The position numbers were made by a program, and so were the translations under genes. This document shows, in pieces, positions 1 through 8,620 of a DNA stretch of 64,000 nucleotides. The DNA lies in NCBI GenBank assembly GCA_016432365.1, contig CP066686.1, positions 410,906 through 474,905 of the forward strand, in the 5' to 3' direction. This DNA comes from Candidatus Woesebacteria bacterium (GTDB lineage Bacteria; Patescibacteriota; Microgenomatia; UBA8517). How positions within the stretch are numbered: position 1 is the stretch's first letter; each line of letters opens with the position of its first letter. The notes beneath the pieces were generated by a model, which had not been told where the DNA came from, searched no databases, and saw nothing but the letters and a program-made list of their open reading frames with translations.

Positions 1-1511
1 ACGATATTTGGAGCATCTTTTGGAATAGGTTTGAGTCCTAATTTTCCATCCTTATCATTTACCCAATATTCCAACAATCTGTCTATTCTGGTTATTTCGG
101 GTATCTCTTTACCTATAAGTGCTAGAATTTCCTTGCGTTTTTCCCAGGGAGTTTCCGGTTTTATAAACACCGCGAAATCAAAGTCTCCGTTATGAGCGGC
201 ATAGCCTTTTATTTTGGAGCCAAAAGCCAGGATAAATGGGTAAAAATATTTTGACAACTCGGGGCTGCCCTCAATTTTCCTCGCAATCTCGGTAATGAAA
301 AGCCCATCATTTCGGGCAAAATCCTCTAAATTTATAGGAAGCGGGTTTGATAAGTCGACAACTTCTATTCCAAGCTTTTGGGCAAACTCTGAAGGTAAAA
401 TTGATAATTTTTGCCAGACACTTACGCAGTTAATTATTTCTTCTTTTTCTTCGTTTGTTCCAAATTTCCAGATATCTTTAACGATTGCTGTTGATCTTTC
501 TGCAAAATCTTTGGCTCTGTTCCCCCCTGCTTTGACCAAAACCTCTCCGATTTTCCTCAGACTTCTAATTATAAGAATTTTATCCGTTACTTTTTCCAAT
601 TCAGACCAGGTGATTTTTTCTTGTGCGAAACCATCCGCGATCGAAAGAGCCGCTTGGTTTATGGCTTCATCTTTAAACAACCATTTTTGCCACTTTATTC
701 GTTTTTCGGAAACCTGTTTGACGTAAAGTGAATTTGGATCCAGCTTCACTTTAATTTTGTCTATGTCATCCTCAAGTTTTGAAAGGATCTCATTTAGACC
801 TTCCGGTTTAGACATTTCCGGTTCAGGTGTCATCGTTCCATCCAGAATGAAGGCCACAGCAGGTTTGTGTTGTGATAGTTTTTTGACCACCTCCATTGAT
901 TTGTCGCTGAAGAACTTGCTGTCGTTGGCAACGACAATTCCTTCTGTTAAGGCCACCATAAGTTCTTCTCCCTCAGTCACTTCTAAAATATCAAGGACCT
1001 CCGTTTCGGATACCAATCCGCGGCTTAGAAATTCGGGTAAAAGGTGGGCCGCCTTTCTGGTTCTGGCGGGTTGGCCAAGCCCCGGTTCCAGGTCATCACC
1101 GTCGTTAAAACTGGCCCGCATTTCGCTTTGAAACAGTAGTCGAACCCAGCCGTCGTGAAGCACTTTGGCAAATTCCTGAGCCTGAACAGCTTTGGTTTTG
1201 TTTAAATCGGGCATAATTTGAAAGGGGAGATATAGTATAAGTCTGATATTATTGGGATCGGCTGAAATAAAGTCAGCTAAGCCCTTGTATAGCTGATTAG
1301 CCTCGGATTCCGGGATTTTTCCGTTTTGGACGGCAAGGTCGAGGTCTTCATCGCCCATTTTTTTAAATACACCTCTTAACCTGTTAGCAAGGTCTTTCCG
1401 GATTTCCATTTCATTTATTGGCAGATCGAGGAGGTCGATTGAAATTGGGGGTAAAACATTGGGGAATATAGAGTCTCTCTCTATTTTTTTGTCAGGGTGA
1501 ATTTTTTCCAT
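1..1511 (-). CDS. Large hypothetical protein with a Pol-beta-type nucleotidyltransferase motif. Partial: N-terminus at 1511, C-terminus beyond the window edge.
   Basis: The minus-strand frame is continuous from the ATG (rc of 1509-1511) to position 1. The plus-strand ORFs 295-726 and 757-1131 are antisense artefacts. The motif FGSKIKGYAAHNGDFDFAVF fits hG[GS]-x9-13-DhDh. A sigma70 promoter lies 8 nt upstream of the ATG. Confidence 0.5.
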   Translation of the reverse strand, partial: MEKIHPDKKIERDSIFPNVLPPISIDLLDLPINEMEIRKDLANRLRGVFKKMGDEDLDLAVQNGKIPESEANQLYKGLADFISADPNNIRLILYLPFQIMPDLNKTKAVQAQEFAKVLHDGWVRLLFQSEMRASFNDGDDLEPGLGQPARTRKAAHLLPEFLSRGLVSETEVLDILEVTEGEELMVALTEGIVVANDSKFFSDKSMEVVKKLSQHKPAVAFILDGTMTPEPEMSKPEGLNEILSKLEDDIDKIKVKLDPNSLYVKQVSEKRIKWQKWLFKDEAINQAALSIADGFAQEKITWSELEKVTDKILIIRSLRKIGEVLVKAGGNRAKDFAERSTAIVKDIWKFGTNEEKEEIINCVSVWQKLSILPSEFAQKLGIEVVDLSNPLPINLEDFARNDGLFITEIARKIEGSPELSKYFYPFILAFGSKIKGYAAHNGDFDFAVFIKPETPWEKRKEILALIGKEIPEITRIDRLLEYWVNDKDGKLGLKPIPKDAPNI

Positions 1512-1556
1512 GGCCAGGGATTCTAGCACAAATGAGGCCAAAAGTCAAGGCTATGG
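1511..1556 (-). promoter_or_regulatory. Sigma70-like promoter cccatagccTTGACT-N17-TAGAAT. The -10 ends 8 nt before the ATG, so the transcript is leaderless.
   Basis: rc of 1543-1548 = TTGACT; rc of 1520-1525 = TAGAAT; spacer 17 nt. The same 16-mer aagtcaaggctatggg recurs at 2324-2339. Confidence 0.45.
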
Positions 1557-1570
1557 GATAATTTTTATCC

Positions 1571-1612
1571 AAAAAAAAGGCAGGTACCTAATAAAAAAAT
1601 TAGGCGCCTGCC
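1571..1612 (-). terminator. Rho-independent terminator for the 1637-1996 minus gene.
   Basis: GC stem ggcagg...cctgcc (1579-1584 / 1607-1612) with an inner cctaat/attagg pairing. An A8 run on the plus strand (1571-1578) gives a U-run on the minus transcript. Confidence 0.55.
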
Positions 1613-1636
1613 AGTTTGACTTACAAAGAAATGAAC

Positions 1637-1996
1637 TTAAACGATCCGAGTTGGTGTAGGCCAATCCCTAAGTTCGATTGTGATCTCGGTCCCGGGACTG
1701 TATGCTTCGTACTGTTTGACCAGTTCTTCGATGATCTGGAGGTAGACATCATCATAGATGATAATCTTGTTCGAATCACCTTTTACAATTCCACCTATCA
1801 CCCGGCCGCCATTGTCACGCTCATGTCGTGATTCAACGATCTCAAACGTGTGGTCAAGGATACTCCGGTAGTCACGATAATATGGATTTACTCCGGCGAA
1901 CATCACCCTGATTTCAATTTGGTAGGTTTTGATCCGTTTTTCCAGGAAACTCACCAATGAAACTCCAGGCAAAGTTTTGTTGTTTACAACTTTCAT
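1637..1996 (-). CDS. Hypothetical protein, 119 aa.
   Basis: ORF with RBS AGGAGA 7 nt upstream of the ATG (rc of 2003-2009). Co-directional with the 69-aa gene upstream. No recognisable domain. Confidence 0.55.
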   Translation of the reverse strand: MKVVNNKTLPGVSLVSFLEKRIKTYQIEIRVMFAGVNPYYRDYRSILDHTFEIVESRHERDNGGRVIGGIVKGDSNKIIIYDDVYLQIIEELVKQYEAYSPGTEITIELRDWPTPTRIV

Positions 1997-2040
1997 CAGA
2001 ATTCTCCTTTTTTGAATAGCTGTATCGTTTCTCGACTTGT

Positions 2041-2250
2041 CTAGATCAAGGTGTGTATATGCACAACGGGGTCATTGGCCACAAATCGGATTTCGTCCAC
2101 CCGCGCACTACTTGCGTAACCTACTTTTTTGGGGAGGACGATATAATTTCCCTGTGTCGGGATGGCTGGAAGTTCAATTTCAAAAACTTCAGTCAACTTG
2201 CCGTTTGGGTCACCTTCTTGACGAGCGACAACTAAATGAACACGAATCAT
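2041..2250 (-). CDS. Hypothetical small protein, 69 aa.
   Basis: ORF with RBS AAGGAG 6 nt upstream of the ATG on the minus strand. The overlapping plus-strand ORFs 2037-2252 and 2053-2235 lack start signals. Confidence 0.5.
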   Translation of the reverse strand: MIRVHLVVARQEGDPNGKLTEVFEIELPAIPTQGNYIVLPKKVGYASSARVDEIRFVANDPVVHIHTLI

Positions 2251-2300
2251 GATTTTGCTCCTTTCATAATTTTGATACCAACGTGCCAGCTAACGGGGGT

Positions 2301-2339
2301 ATTCTATCACTTTACTGCCCTTAAGTCAAGGCTATGGGG
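2301..2339 (-). promoter_or_regulatory. Sigma70-like promoter cccatagccTTGACT-N17-TAGAAT for the 69-aa/119-aa operon.
   Basis: rc of 2324-2329 = TTGACT; rc of 2301-2306 = TAGAAT; spacer 17 nt. The upstream element is identical to the one at 1541-1556. Confidence 0.45.
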
Positions 2340-3329
2340 TATGCTGCAACAGCAATATCTCTTCTTTTGTGCCTGAAAAAAGAGTACACTAAAGGTATGG
2401 CAGAGGTACCATCAGGTGTTTTAGCTGAGAGGGACGGGCAAGGGCAGGAAATATATGTGCAAAGCATGGAAAAAAGCGTTGAGGCCAAGGCTAAGGAAAT
2501 TTTTCCATGGGTTAAACCCGGAGTTATAGTTGATGCCGGGGCCGGGGCTGGACCTTTAACCGATCTCCTTTCCAAAAGTTTTCCTGGTAGCACAATTGTT
2601 GCTCTTGATATGTCTTCTGACATGATAGACAGGCTAAACCGCAGATTTGAGGGTAGAAAAAATGTTGAAGTTGTTCATGGCGATATTGACAGTTTTCGTT
2701 ATCGTGAGCCGGTCAGCACTTTTATTAATGTTTCTGTTTTCCATGAAGATTTTTCTTTCAATGGTTACAGTCACGAAAAAATTATTAAAACTCTTATTCG
2801 TCAGAAACAAGCATTGGAAAAAGGTGGTGTTGATATTATCCGTGACGGTGTTCAGCCCGAGCAGGAGGTTTTGTATCTAAGGCCATTAACAGAATTTGCA
2901 TGCGATAGGTTTATTAAGTTTGTAAAGGGTTTTAAACAGGTTCGTGATGTGAATTATATGATCGGAAATTTCCATTCCGACGTTTTTGTGCAAAACGGGA
3001 GAAGAAATTTTGTTGATGCCGATGTCGGTAAGTCCTTTATTGAAATTTCCTCTCAAAATGCCAGCGAAATGTTTAGCAAGTACTTTTATGCGGAAAAAAA
3101 CCTGCCTGTGGAGCTTTCCGAACAATTTGGAATTTGGACACTGCGTGAATACAAAAAAATTTTAACTGACCTAGGATTTACTGTTAAACATGCTGAAACT
3201 TTTCTTTTAGATTACCTCTTAAAAGAACATTATTCAAAAGATTTTGAAGTATTTCATCTAAAAAACGGGGTTTTGAGTAATGCTCCATATCCACCAAGTA
3301 CCATGCTTCTGGTTGGAGAAAAACAGTAA
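2334..3329 (+). CDS. Class I SAM-dependent methyltransferase. Start probably 2397.
   Basis: Motif I VDAGAGAGPLT with downstream acidic residue (IVALDMS). The first ATG overlaps the divergent promoter region. Confidence 0.6.
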   Translation: MGYAATAISLLLCLKKEYTKGMAEVPSGVLAERDGQGQEIYVQSMEKSVEAKAKEIFPWVKPGVIVDAGAGAGPLTDLLSKSFPGSTIVALDMSSDMIDRLNRRFEGRKNVEVVHGDIDSFRYREPVSTFINVSVFHEDFSFNGYSHEKIIKTLIRQKQALEKGGVDIIRDGVQPEQEVLYLRPLTEFACDRFIKFVKGFKQVRDVNYMIGNFHSDVFVQNGRRNFVDADVGKSFIEISSQNASEMFSKYFYAEKNLPVELSEQFGIWTLREYKKILTDLGFTVKHAETFLLDYLLKEHYSKDFEVFHLKNGVLSNAPYPPSTMLLVGEKQ

Positions 3330-3395
3330 GCTCTGAGCGATGCTCATTGCTGTTTTAGCATTGTAGATATTAATCTGCTAAAATTATACGATTAA

Positions 3396-6098
3396 ATGTT
3401 AAATATATTTTCCAAACTTCTCGACCTCAATGCACGCGAAGTCGACCGGCTTAAAAAAATTGTAGATAAAATAAATGGATTTGAAAATAAATATAAAAAG
3501 TTTAAAGACGCCGATTTTAAAAAAGAAACCGATCGATTTAAAAAACTAATAGCTAATGGCTATCAACTAGATACTGTTCTTCCCGAGGCATTTGCATTGG
3601 TTCGTGAGGCGGCATGGAGAGTTCTGGGGCAGCGGTCTTTTGATGTTCAGTTAATAGCAGGAATCGCGCTTTTTGAAGGAAGAGTTGCCGAACAGCGCAC
3701 AGGTGAGGGAAAAACTCTTTCTGCCGTGGCGCCGCTATATCTCCGGGCGTTGACCGGTCGAGGGGTCCACCTTGTAACAGTCAATGACTATTTAGCCAGG
3801 ATTGGGGCCGGATGGATGGGTCCCGTTTACAACTTTTTGGGATTATCTACTGGAGTAATAATTCAGGAAACAAAATCGTTTGTATACGATCCTAAATTTA
3901 GTGACACAAGTCACGGTGATGAAAGACTTTCGCATTTAAAACTTGTTGAAAGAAAAATCGCATACCAGAGTGATATTTTGTACGGTACAAATAACGAATT
4001 TGGTTTTGATTATTTGCGTGACAACATGGTTTCTTCTTTGCCTGAAATGGTTCAGCGTGGACATTATTTTGCAATTGTAGATGAGGTTGACTCAATTTTG
4101 ATCGACGAAGCCCGCACCCCACTAATTATTTCGGCGCCGGACACAGAACCCACAAAAAAATATTACGAATTCGCTTCGCTTGTAGAAAAACTAAACCCGG
4201 ACACAGATTTTAAGATTGATGAAAAAGCCAAAAGTGCAACCTTAACGGAGACAGGAATTACTCGAGTAGAAAAAATACTCGGAATTGACAATCTATATGA
4301 GAAAGATTTTGACTCAATTCATCATATAGAAAACGCTCTACGGGCCAAAACACTTTATCTTCGCGATAAAGATTATGTAGTCAAAGACAATCAAGTCACA
4401 ATCGTAGATGAATTTACCGGACGCCTTATGGTAGGCAGACGCTGGAGTGATGGACTTCACCAGGCGGTTGAGGCAAAAGAAAACGTGACGATTCAACAGG
4501 AAAGCAAAACCTTGGCAACAATTTCCTTCCAGAATTACTTCAGAATGTATGAACATTTAAGCGGAATGACAGGAACAGCATCAACTGAGGCCGAAGAATT
4601 TAGAAAGATATATAAACTTGAGGTAATTGCCATCCCGACACATGTGCCCATGATAAGGCACGATAAACCTGATCAGATTTATAAAACGCTTCGGGGGAAA
4701 TATGGCGCCTTGGTAGAGGAGATTGGCGAATGTTATAAGAAGGGTCAGCCGGTTTTGGTGGGAACGACTTCGATTGAAAAAAATGAAATTATTTCTGAAT
4801 ATCTTAAACGTAAAAAGATTCCTCACAATGTATTGAATGCTAAAAATCACGAAAAAGAGGCAGAGATAATCGCTGAGGCCGGAAAGTTGGGTGCTGTAAC
4901 TGTTGCTACAAATATGGCTGGGCGTGGTGTTGACATAATTCTTGGCGGCGCAACTCCCGAAAGAAAGCCCGGGCTAACCAGCGAAAAATTTTATAAATCG
5001 ACTGAGTTTAAAAAATGGCAGGAATCGCACGACAAAGTAATTAGTGCGGGAGGTTTGCATGTAATTGGAACAGAACGACATGAAGCGAGGCGTGTAGACA
5101 ATCAGTTGCGAGGCCGTGCTGGCCGGCAGGGGGATCCGGGATCGTCACGTTTTTATCTTTCTTTGGAAGACGACCTAATGCGTATATTTGGCGGAGAACA
5201 AATTAGCGGAATCATGGATAGGCTTAATCTTCCGGAAGATACTCCGATTGAAAATTCATTAATTGGCCGCGCCATTGAACAAGCCCAGGTAAAAGTTGAA
5301 GGATTCCATTTTGATATCCGCAAACGCCTTGTTGAATACGATGACGTTGCCAACCAGCAAAGGGAAATCGTCTACAAGTTGAGGAGACGCATACTTGATT
5401 CTTCCGATGTCAAAGAAGAAGTAGTAGAAAAGTTGAACCATCAGATAGAAAAAACCGTTCTTTCATCAACTGATCCGGACCAACTTGCAGTAGGACTTGC
5501 CGAAATGATTCCGTTTGATGATGCCTCGTTAAAAAACATCAAGTTACAAATTTCGAAAATCGACGGTGAAGAGGGGAGGAAAGAGTTTTTGATGCAAATT
5601 CTTACAGATATTTATGGAAAAAGAGAAAAAGATCTGGGGGAAAAAGTTATGCGTGAGGTAGAAAAATATGCCTATCTTGGAGCAATTGATCATCTTTGGA
5701 TGGACCACATTGACCACATTGATGATCTTAGAGAAGGAGTAACACTCAGAGCTTATGGGCAGCGTGATCCTTTAGTCGAATTTAAAAATGAAGCATTTAA
5801 TCTTTTTGAGAGATTAATCGATAGAGTGGATGAAGAGCTTGCCCACAGAATTTTCAGAATCGGTGTGGCCCAACCCCAGTCCGAAATTCCGCTTAATTTA
5901 GCGAGAGAAAATATTGATCGAGGTGACTCAACCGGCTTGTCTGGAAATGCAGACCAAACTTCTAAATCTGGTGCTCCTGCTTTCCAGCCACCAGTAAGCA
6001 GTAAACAGTCAACAGGGAAGATTAGCCGCAACGACCCTTGTTGGTGCGGCAGTGGCAAAAAGTGGAAAAAATGCCATTATCCTCAGGTGCCAAAGTGA
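3396..6098 (+). CDS. secA: Preprotein translocase ATPase SecA.
   Basis: 900 aa. Walker A GEGKTL; DEVDSILIDEARTPLIIS; C-terminal zinc-binding tail CWCGSGKKWKKCH. Confidence 0.95.
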   Translation: MLNIFSKLLDLNAREVDRLKKIVDKINGFENKYKKFKDADFKKETDRFKKLIANGYQLDTVLPEAFALVREAAWRVLGQRSFDVQLIAGIALFEGRVAEQRTGEGKTLSAVAPLYLRALTGRGVHLVTVNDYLARIGAGWMGPVYNFLGLSTGVIIQETKSFVYDPKFSDTSHGDERLSHLKLVERKIAYQSDILYGTNNEFGFDYLRDNMVSSLPEMVQRGHYFAIVDEVDSILIDEARTPLIISAPDTEPTKKYYEFASLVEKLNPDTDFKIDEKAKSATLTETGITRVEKILGIDNLYEKDFDSIHHIENALRAKTLYLRDKDYVVKDNQVTIVDEFTGRLMVGRRWSDGLHQAVEAKENVTIQQESKTLATISFQNYFRMYEHLSGMTGTASTEAEEFRKIYKLEVIAIPTHVPMIRHDKPDQIYKTLRGKYGALVEEIGECYKKGQPVLVGTTSIEKNEIISEYLKRKKIPHNVLNAKNHEKEAEIIAEAGKLGAVTVATNMAGRGVDIILGGATPERKPGLTSEKFYKSTEFKKWQESHDKVISAGGLHVIGTERHEARRVDNQLRGRAGRQGDPGSSRFYLSLEDDLMRIFGGEQISGIMDRLNLPEDTPIENSLIGRAIEQAQVKVEGFHFDIRKRLVEYDDVANQQREIVYKLRRRILDSSDVKEEVVEKLNHQIEKTVLSSTDPDQLAVGLAEMIPFDDASLKNIKLQISKIDGEEGRKEFLMQILTDIYGKREKDLGEKVMREVEKYAYLGAIDHLWMDHIDHIDDLREGVTLRAYGQRDPLVEFKNEAFNLFERLIDRVDEELAHRIFRIGVAQPQSEIPLNLARENIDRGDSTGLSGNADQTSKSGAPAFQPPVSSKQSTGKISRNDPCWCGSGKKWKKCHYPQVPK

Positions 6099-6114
6099 AT
6101 CTGTATGTAAAAGC

Positions 6115-6558
6115 ATGGAATTTAAACGCGATGAATCGAATGGGTCAAAAATGTCTTGGGTCAGAGAATTGGTAGACCCGGATGGATCTTTACCAAAAAT
6201 TGAATTGGAAGACGACCCCCGTCAGAAAGAAAAACATATAAAAAACATATTGCTAGACGGGCAGAAAATTGGTGAACTATCGATAGGCGGAAGCGGCAAG
6301 TTTCGTCATTTTGAAAAAGTTTCCCTTTCGGAAACAGACCGGCCCAAGGGTTGCGGTCTGGCAACTTATCTTTTAGCGATTGAAGAAGCTCAAAAGGATG
6401 GGGCGGTATTCGAAACAACTTCTTGGTATTTGACCGAAGATTCAGTGAAAATTTGGAAAATACTGGCGGAAAAAGGAGTGGCGACGGTTGTTGATGAATT
6501 CGTACAAGTAACTGACGTTCCCCAATTTATGGGCAAATATCGAGTTTATACGAAATAG
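6115..6558 (+). CDS. Small GNAT-fold acetyltransferase-like protein. ORF-track start 6052 overlaps the secA 3' end.
   Basis: R-x-x-G-x-G/A motif RPKGCGLATYLL typical of the GNAT acetyl-CoA loop. Its last 31 codons are duplicated at 8506-8598. Confidence 0.4.
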   Translation: MEFKRDESNGSKMSWVRELVDPDGSLPKIELEDDPRQKEKHIKNILLDGQKIGELSIGGSGKFRHFEKVSLSETDRPKGCGLATYLLAIEEAQKDGAVFETTSWYLTEDSVKIWKILAEKGVATVVDEFVQVTDVPQFMGKYRVYTK

Positions 6559-6580
6559 CCTGATATAATTTTTGCTAAAT
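6465..6580. repeat. Direct repeat copy 1, about 115 bp: the 3' end of gene 6115-6558 plus TGaTATAAT promoter.
   Basis: Aligns with 8506-8620 with 3 mismatches (gaattc/gaattt, gggcaaa/gggtaaa, tagcctg/tagtctg). Confidence 0.85.
6561..6569 (+). promoter_or_regulatory. Extended -10 promoter TGaTATAAT, 9 nt upstream of ATG 6579.
   Basis: TG at 6561-6562, TATAAT at 6564-6569. An identical copy lies at 8602-8610. Confidence 0.45.
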
Positions 6581-7151
6581 GACTGCCAGAACACATAACG
6601 CATTTGCTTTTGCTTCTCTTGTAACAGCGGCTGCTTATTTTCCTCCGACTCACTTAAATTTATCTACCCTGATTCTTGGCATTGTAGGAACGGATATTGG
6701 GGCATTGATTCCGGACATGGATACCGGTGGAAATTATTTGTGGGGGCTTTTGCCGCAAGGCCAGAAATTGGGCGGTTTTTTAAGACGAATATTTTACAAA
6801 CACAGAACGATTACACATTCGCTGTTGGGACTATTTTTGATTTTTAAATTTTTTGCCTGGCTACTTCCCAGGATCTTTAATTCAACTTTTATTGACCCGC
6901 AAATAATTCTTGTGAGCATCATGATTGGTTTTGTTTCGCACCTTATTGCCGACAGTTTTACAGAAGAGGGAATTCCGCTTCTTTACCCGATTCCTTTGAC
7001 ATTTGGAATTCCTCCGATCAAAAAAGTAAGAATTAAAACCGGCCACTGGTTTGAAAATTTTGTAATTTTCCCCGGCATCTGGATTTTCCTAATTTGGTTT
7101 GTAAACATTCATAAAGACATCTTTCTTCAAATTCTCCGGGGGTTAATTTGA
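6579..7151 (+). CDS. DUF457/YdjM-like membrane-bound metal-dependent hydrolase.
   Basis: 190 aa polytopic protein with the conserved His/Asp pattern (HSLLG ... SHLIADSFTEEGIPLLYP) typical of the YdjM family. Confidence 0.5.
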   Translation: MTARTHNAFAFASLVTAAAYFPPTHLNLSTLILGIVGTDIGALIPDMDTGGNYLWGLLPQGQKLGGFLRRIFYKHRTITHSLLGLFLIFKFFAWLLPRIFNSTFIDPQIILVSIMIGFVSHLIADSFTEEGIPLLYPIPLTFGIPPIKKVRIKTGHWFENFVIFPGIWIFLIWFVNIHKDIFLQILRGLI

Positions 7152-7183
7152 TATACTTTCGGTATAGACTACAGAATATTGTT

Positions 7184-8464
7184 ATGGAATATGATAAATC
7201 TTCAGTAAAAAATTCTGAAGTGGACGCTCGTATCCAAGAAGGCGATATTGTTATTTTTCTTGAATCACAAGGAACAGTTGATGGCAAACCTTCAGCGGGT
7301 ACGACCTCTGCTCAGATTTCTTTAATCCATCAGCTACACAGGGATGGGGATAAGGTGATTCTGGCAGATGTCGGCGATAACAATCTAAACAATTTTATCG
7401 TTCCTGGTTCAAGTATTGGCTACGTAAGAACTTCGGAATTGGTACCATTCAGAACTGTGGCCGATGGTGCTTTTGTGCCGGGGGATGAAGAAATAGAAAA
7501 AGAAGAACCTGTGAGTATTAGGATAGGAAAAAAAGATGGTTCAGCTTATATGGTTGATGGTATTTGTAAAGGATACGATTGGCATATAGATGGCTACAGA
7601 GTATCTGTTAAAAACGAGGAAGGGTTAGAAGCTATGCTGCAAGTTGGCAAGGATAATGTCGAAATTAGAAAAGATTCCACAATAGAAGATTTTACAGAAT
7701 TTTGGCTTGAACATAGTAAAAAACGTCCGCCTTATCCTAGTACATATGATAATTCTCAGGTCATGCAGATAGTTAGCCGTGAACCGGAACTCATAAAGAA
7801 ATATTTGCCTATGATTAAAGAGGCTAAAGATGTTTATAAAATATTGGAAATTATCGACAAAAATCCAATGGTTGCACACAAATTATTTGATATTCTTACG
7901 GAAATACCGGAGTTAATAGATGTTTATGCTAAGTTTGCTCTACGTGTGCCTTACTTGTATCAAAATGCAGAAGAGGGTAGGGAATACCACTCGGAACCTA
8001 CCCGGATATCAACCTCCCCCGACCCAGAATTTATAAGAAATAAACTTAATAATATTAAAGAAATCGAACACAAGCTGGAAACATATTTAGAGGGAAGAGA
8101 ATATGCCATAATAGCTGAACCATTGGATGGTTTAGCATTTGTCAGTATTGTTCCGATAAAAGGTAGATCGGGTACAGACGGGGTTTCTATACTGATAGCA
8201 CCCGGGAAGGGAAATGATTTTGTGTCAGTAGCAATTCGAGTTTTTTCTAACGGCACCGTTGATTCGGGTCTAAAGTATAACGATTGGTATGATCTGGGTT
8301 ATATGTTTAAAGAGAACCCGGCAATCGATGAAGAGGAGTTTTTAAATGCTCTGGTTAATAATGTTCCAATGTCAGATGAAATGAATCTGGCTTTGGAAAA
8401 AAGTGGAAGGTCAAATGGTAAACATGGTAAATTCGAAAGACTTGTTCTGCGGAGCGAAGAATAA
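7184..8464 (+). CDS. Hypothetical protein. ORF-track start 7148 is 36 nt upstream in frame.
   Basis: Long ORF, acidic and soluble, no recognised motif. Overlaps the upstream gene by 4 nt if 7148 is used. Confidence 0.45.
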   Translation: MEYDKSSVKNSEVDARIQEGDIVIFLESQGTVDGKPSAGTTSAQISLIHQLHRDGDKVILADVGDNNLNNFIVPGSSIGYVRTSELVPFRTVADGAFVPGDEEIEKEEPVSIRIGKKDGSAYMVDGICKGYDWHIDGYRVSVKNEEGLEAMLQVGKDNVEIRKDSTIEDFTEFWLEHSKKRPPYPSTYDNSQVMQIVSREPELIKKYLPMIKEAKDVYKILEIIDKNPMVAHKLFDILTEIPELIDVYAKFALRVPYLYQNAEEGREYHSEPTRISTSPDPEFIRNKLNNIKEIEHKLETYLEGREYAIIAEPLDGLAFVSIVPIKGRSGTDGVSILIAPGKGNDFVSVAIRVFSNGTVDSGLKYNDWYDLGYMFKENPAIDEEEFLNALVNNVPMSDEMNLALEKSGRSNGKHGKFERLVLRSEE

Positions 8465-8505
8465 TTTTAAAATATGGAAATTGGTTTTCAAGCGGAACGG
8501 CGCGA

Positions 8506-8620
8506 GGCGGAAAAAGGAGTGGCGACGGTTGTTGATGAATTTGTACAAGTAACTGACGTTCCCCAATTTATGGGTAAATATCGAGTTTATACGAAATAGT
8601 CTGATATAATTTTTGCTAAT
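8506..8620. repeat. Direct repeat copy 2. It leaves an orphan 3' gene fragment (…EKGVATVVDEFVQVTDVPQFMGKYRVYTK*) and a second copy of the promoter.
   Basis: See copy 1 at 6465-6580. Confidence 0.85.

Noticed and set aside
295-1131. Plus-strand ORFs 295-726 and 757-1131
   Set aside because: They lie antisense to a continuous minus-strand reading frame (1511 to 1) that has a promoter and an ATG. They have no start signals and low-complexity composition.
2037-2252. Plus-strand ORFs 2037-2252 and 2053-2235
   Set aside because: They overlap the minus-strand 69-aa gene, which has a strong RBS and promoter. The plus-strand frames lack any translation signals.
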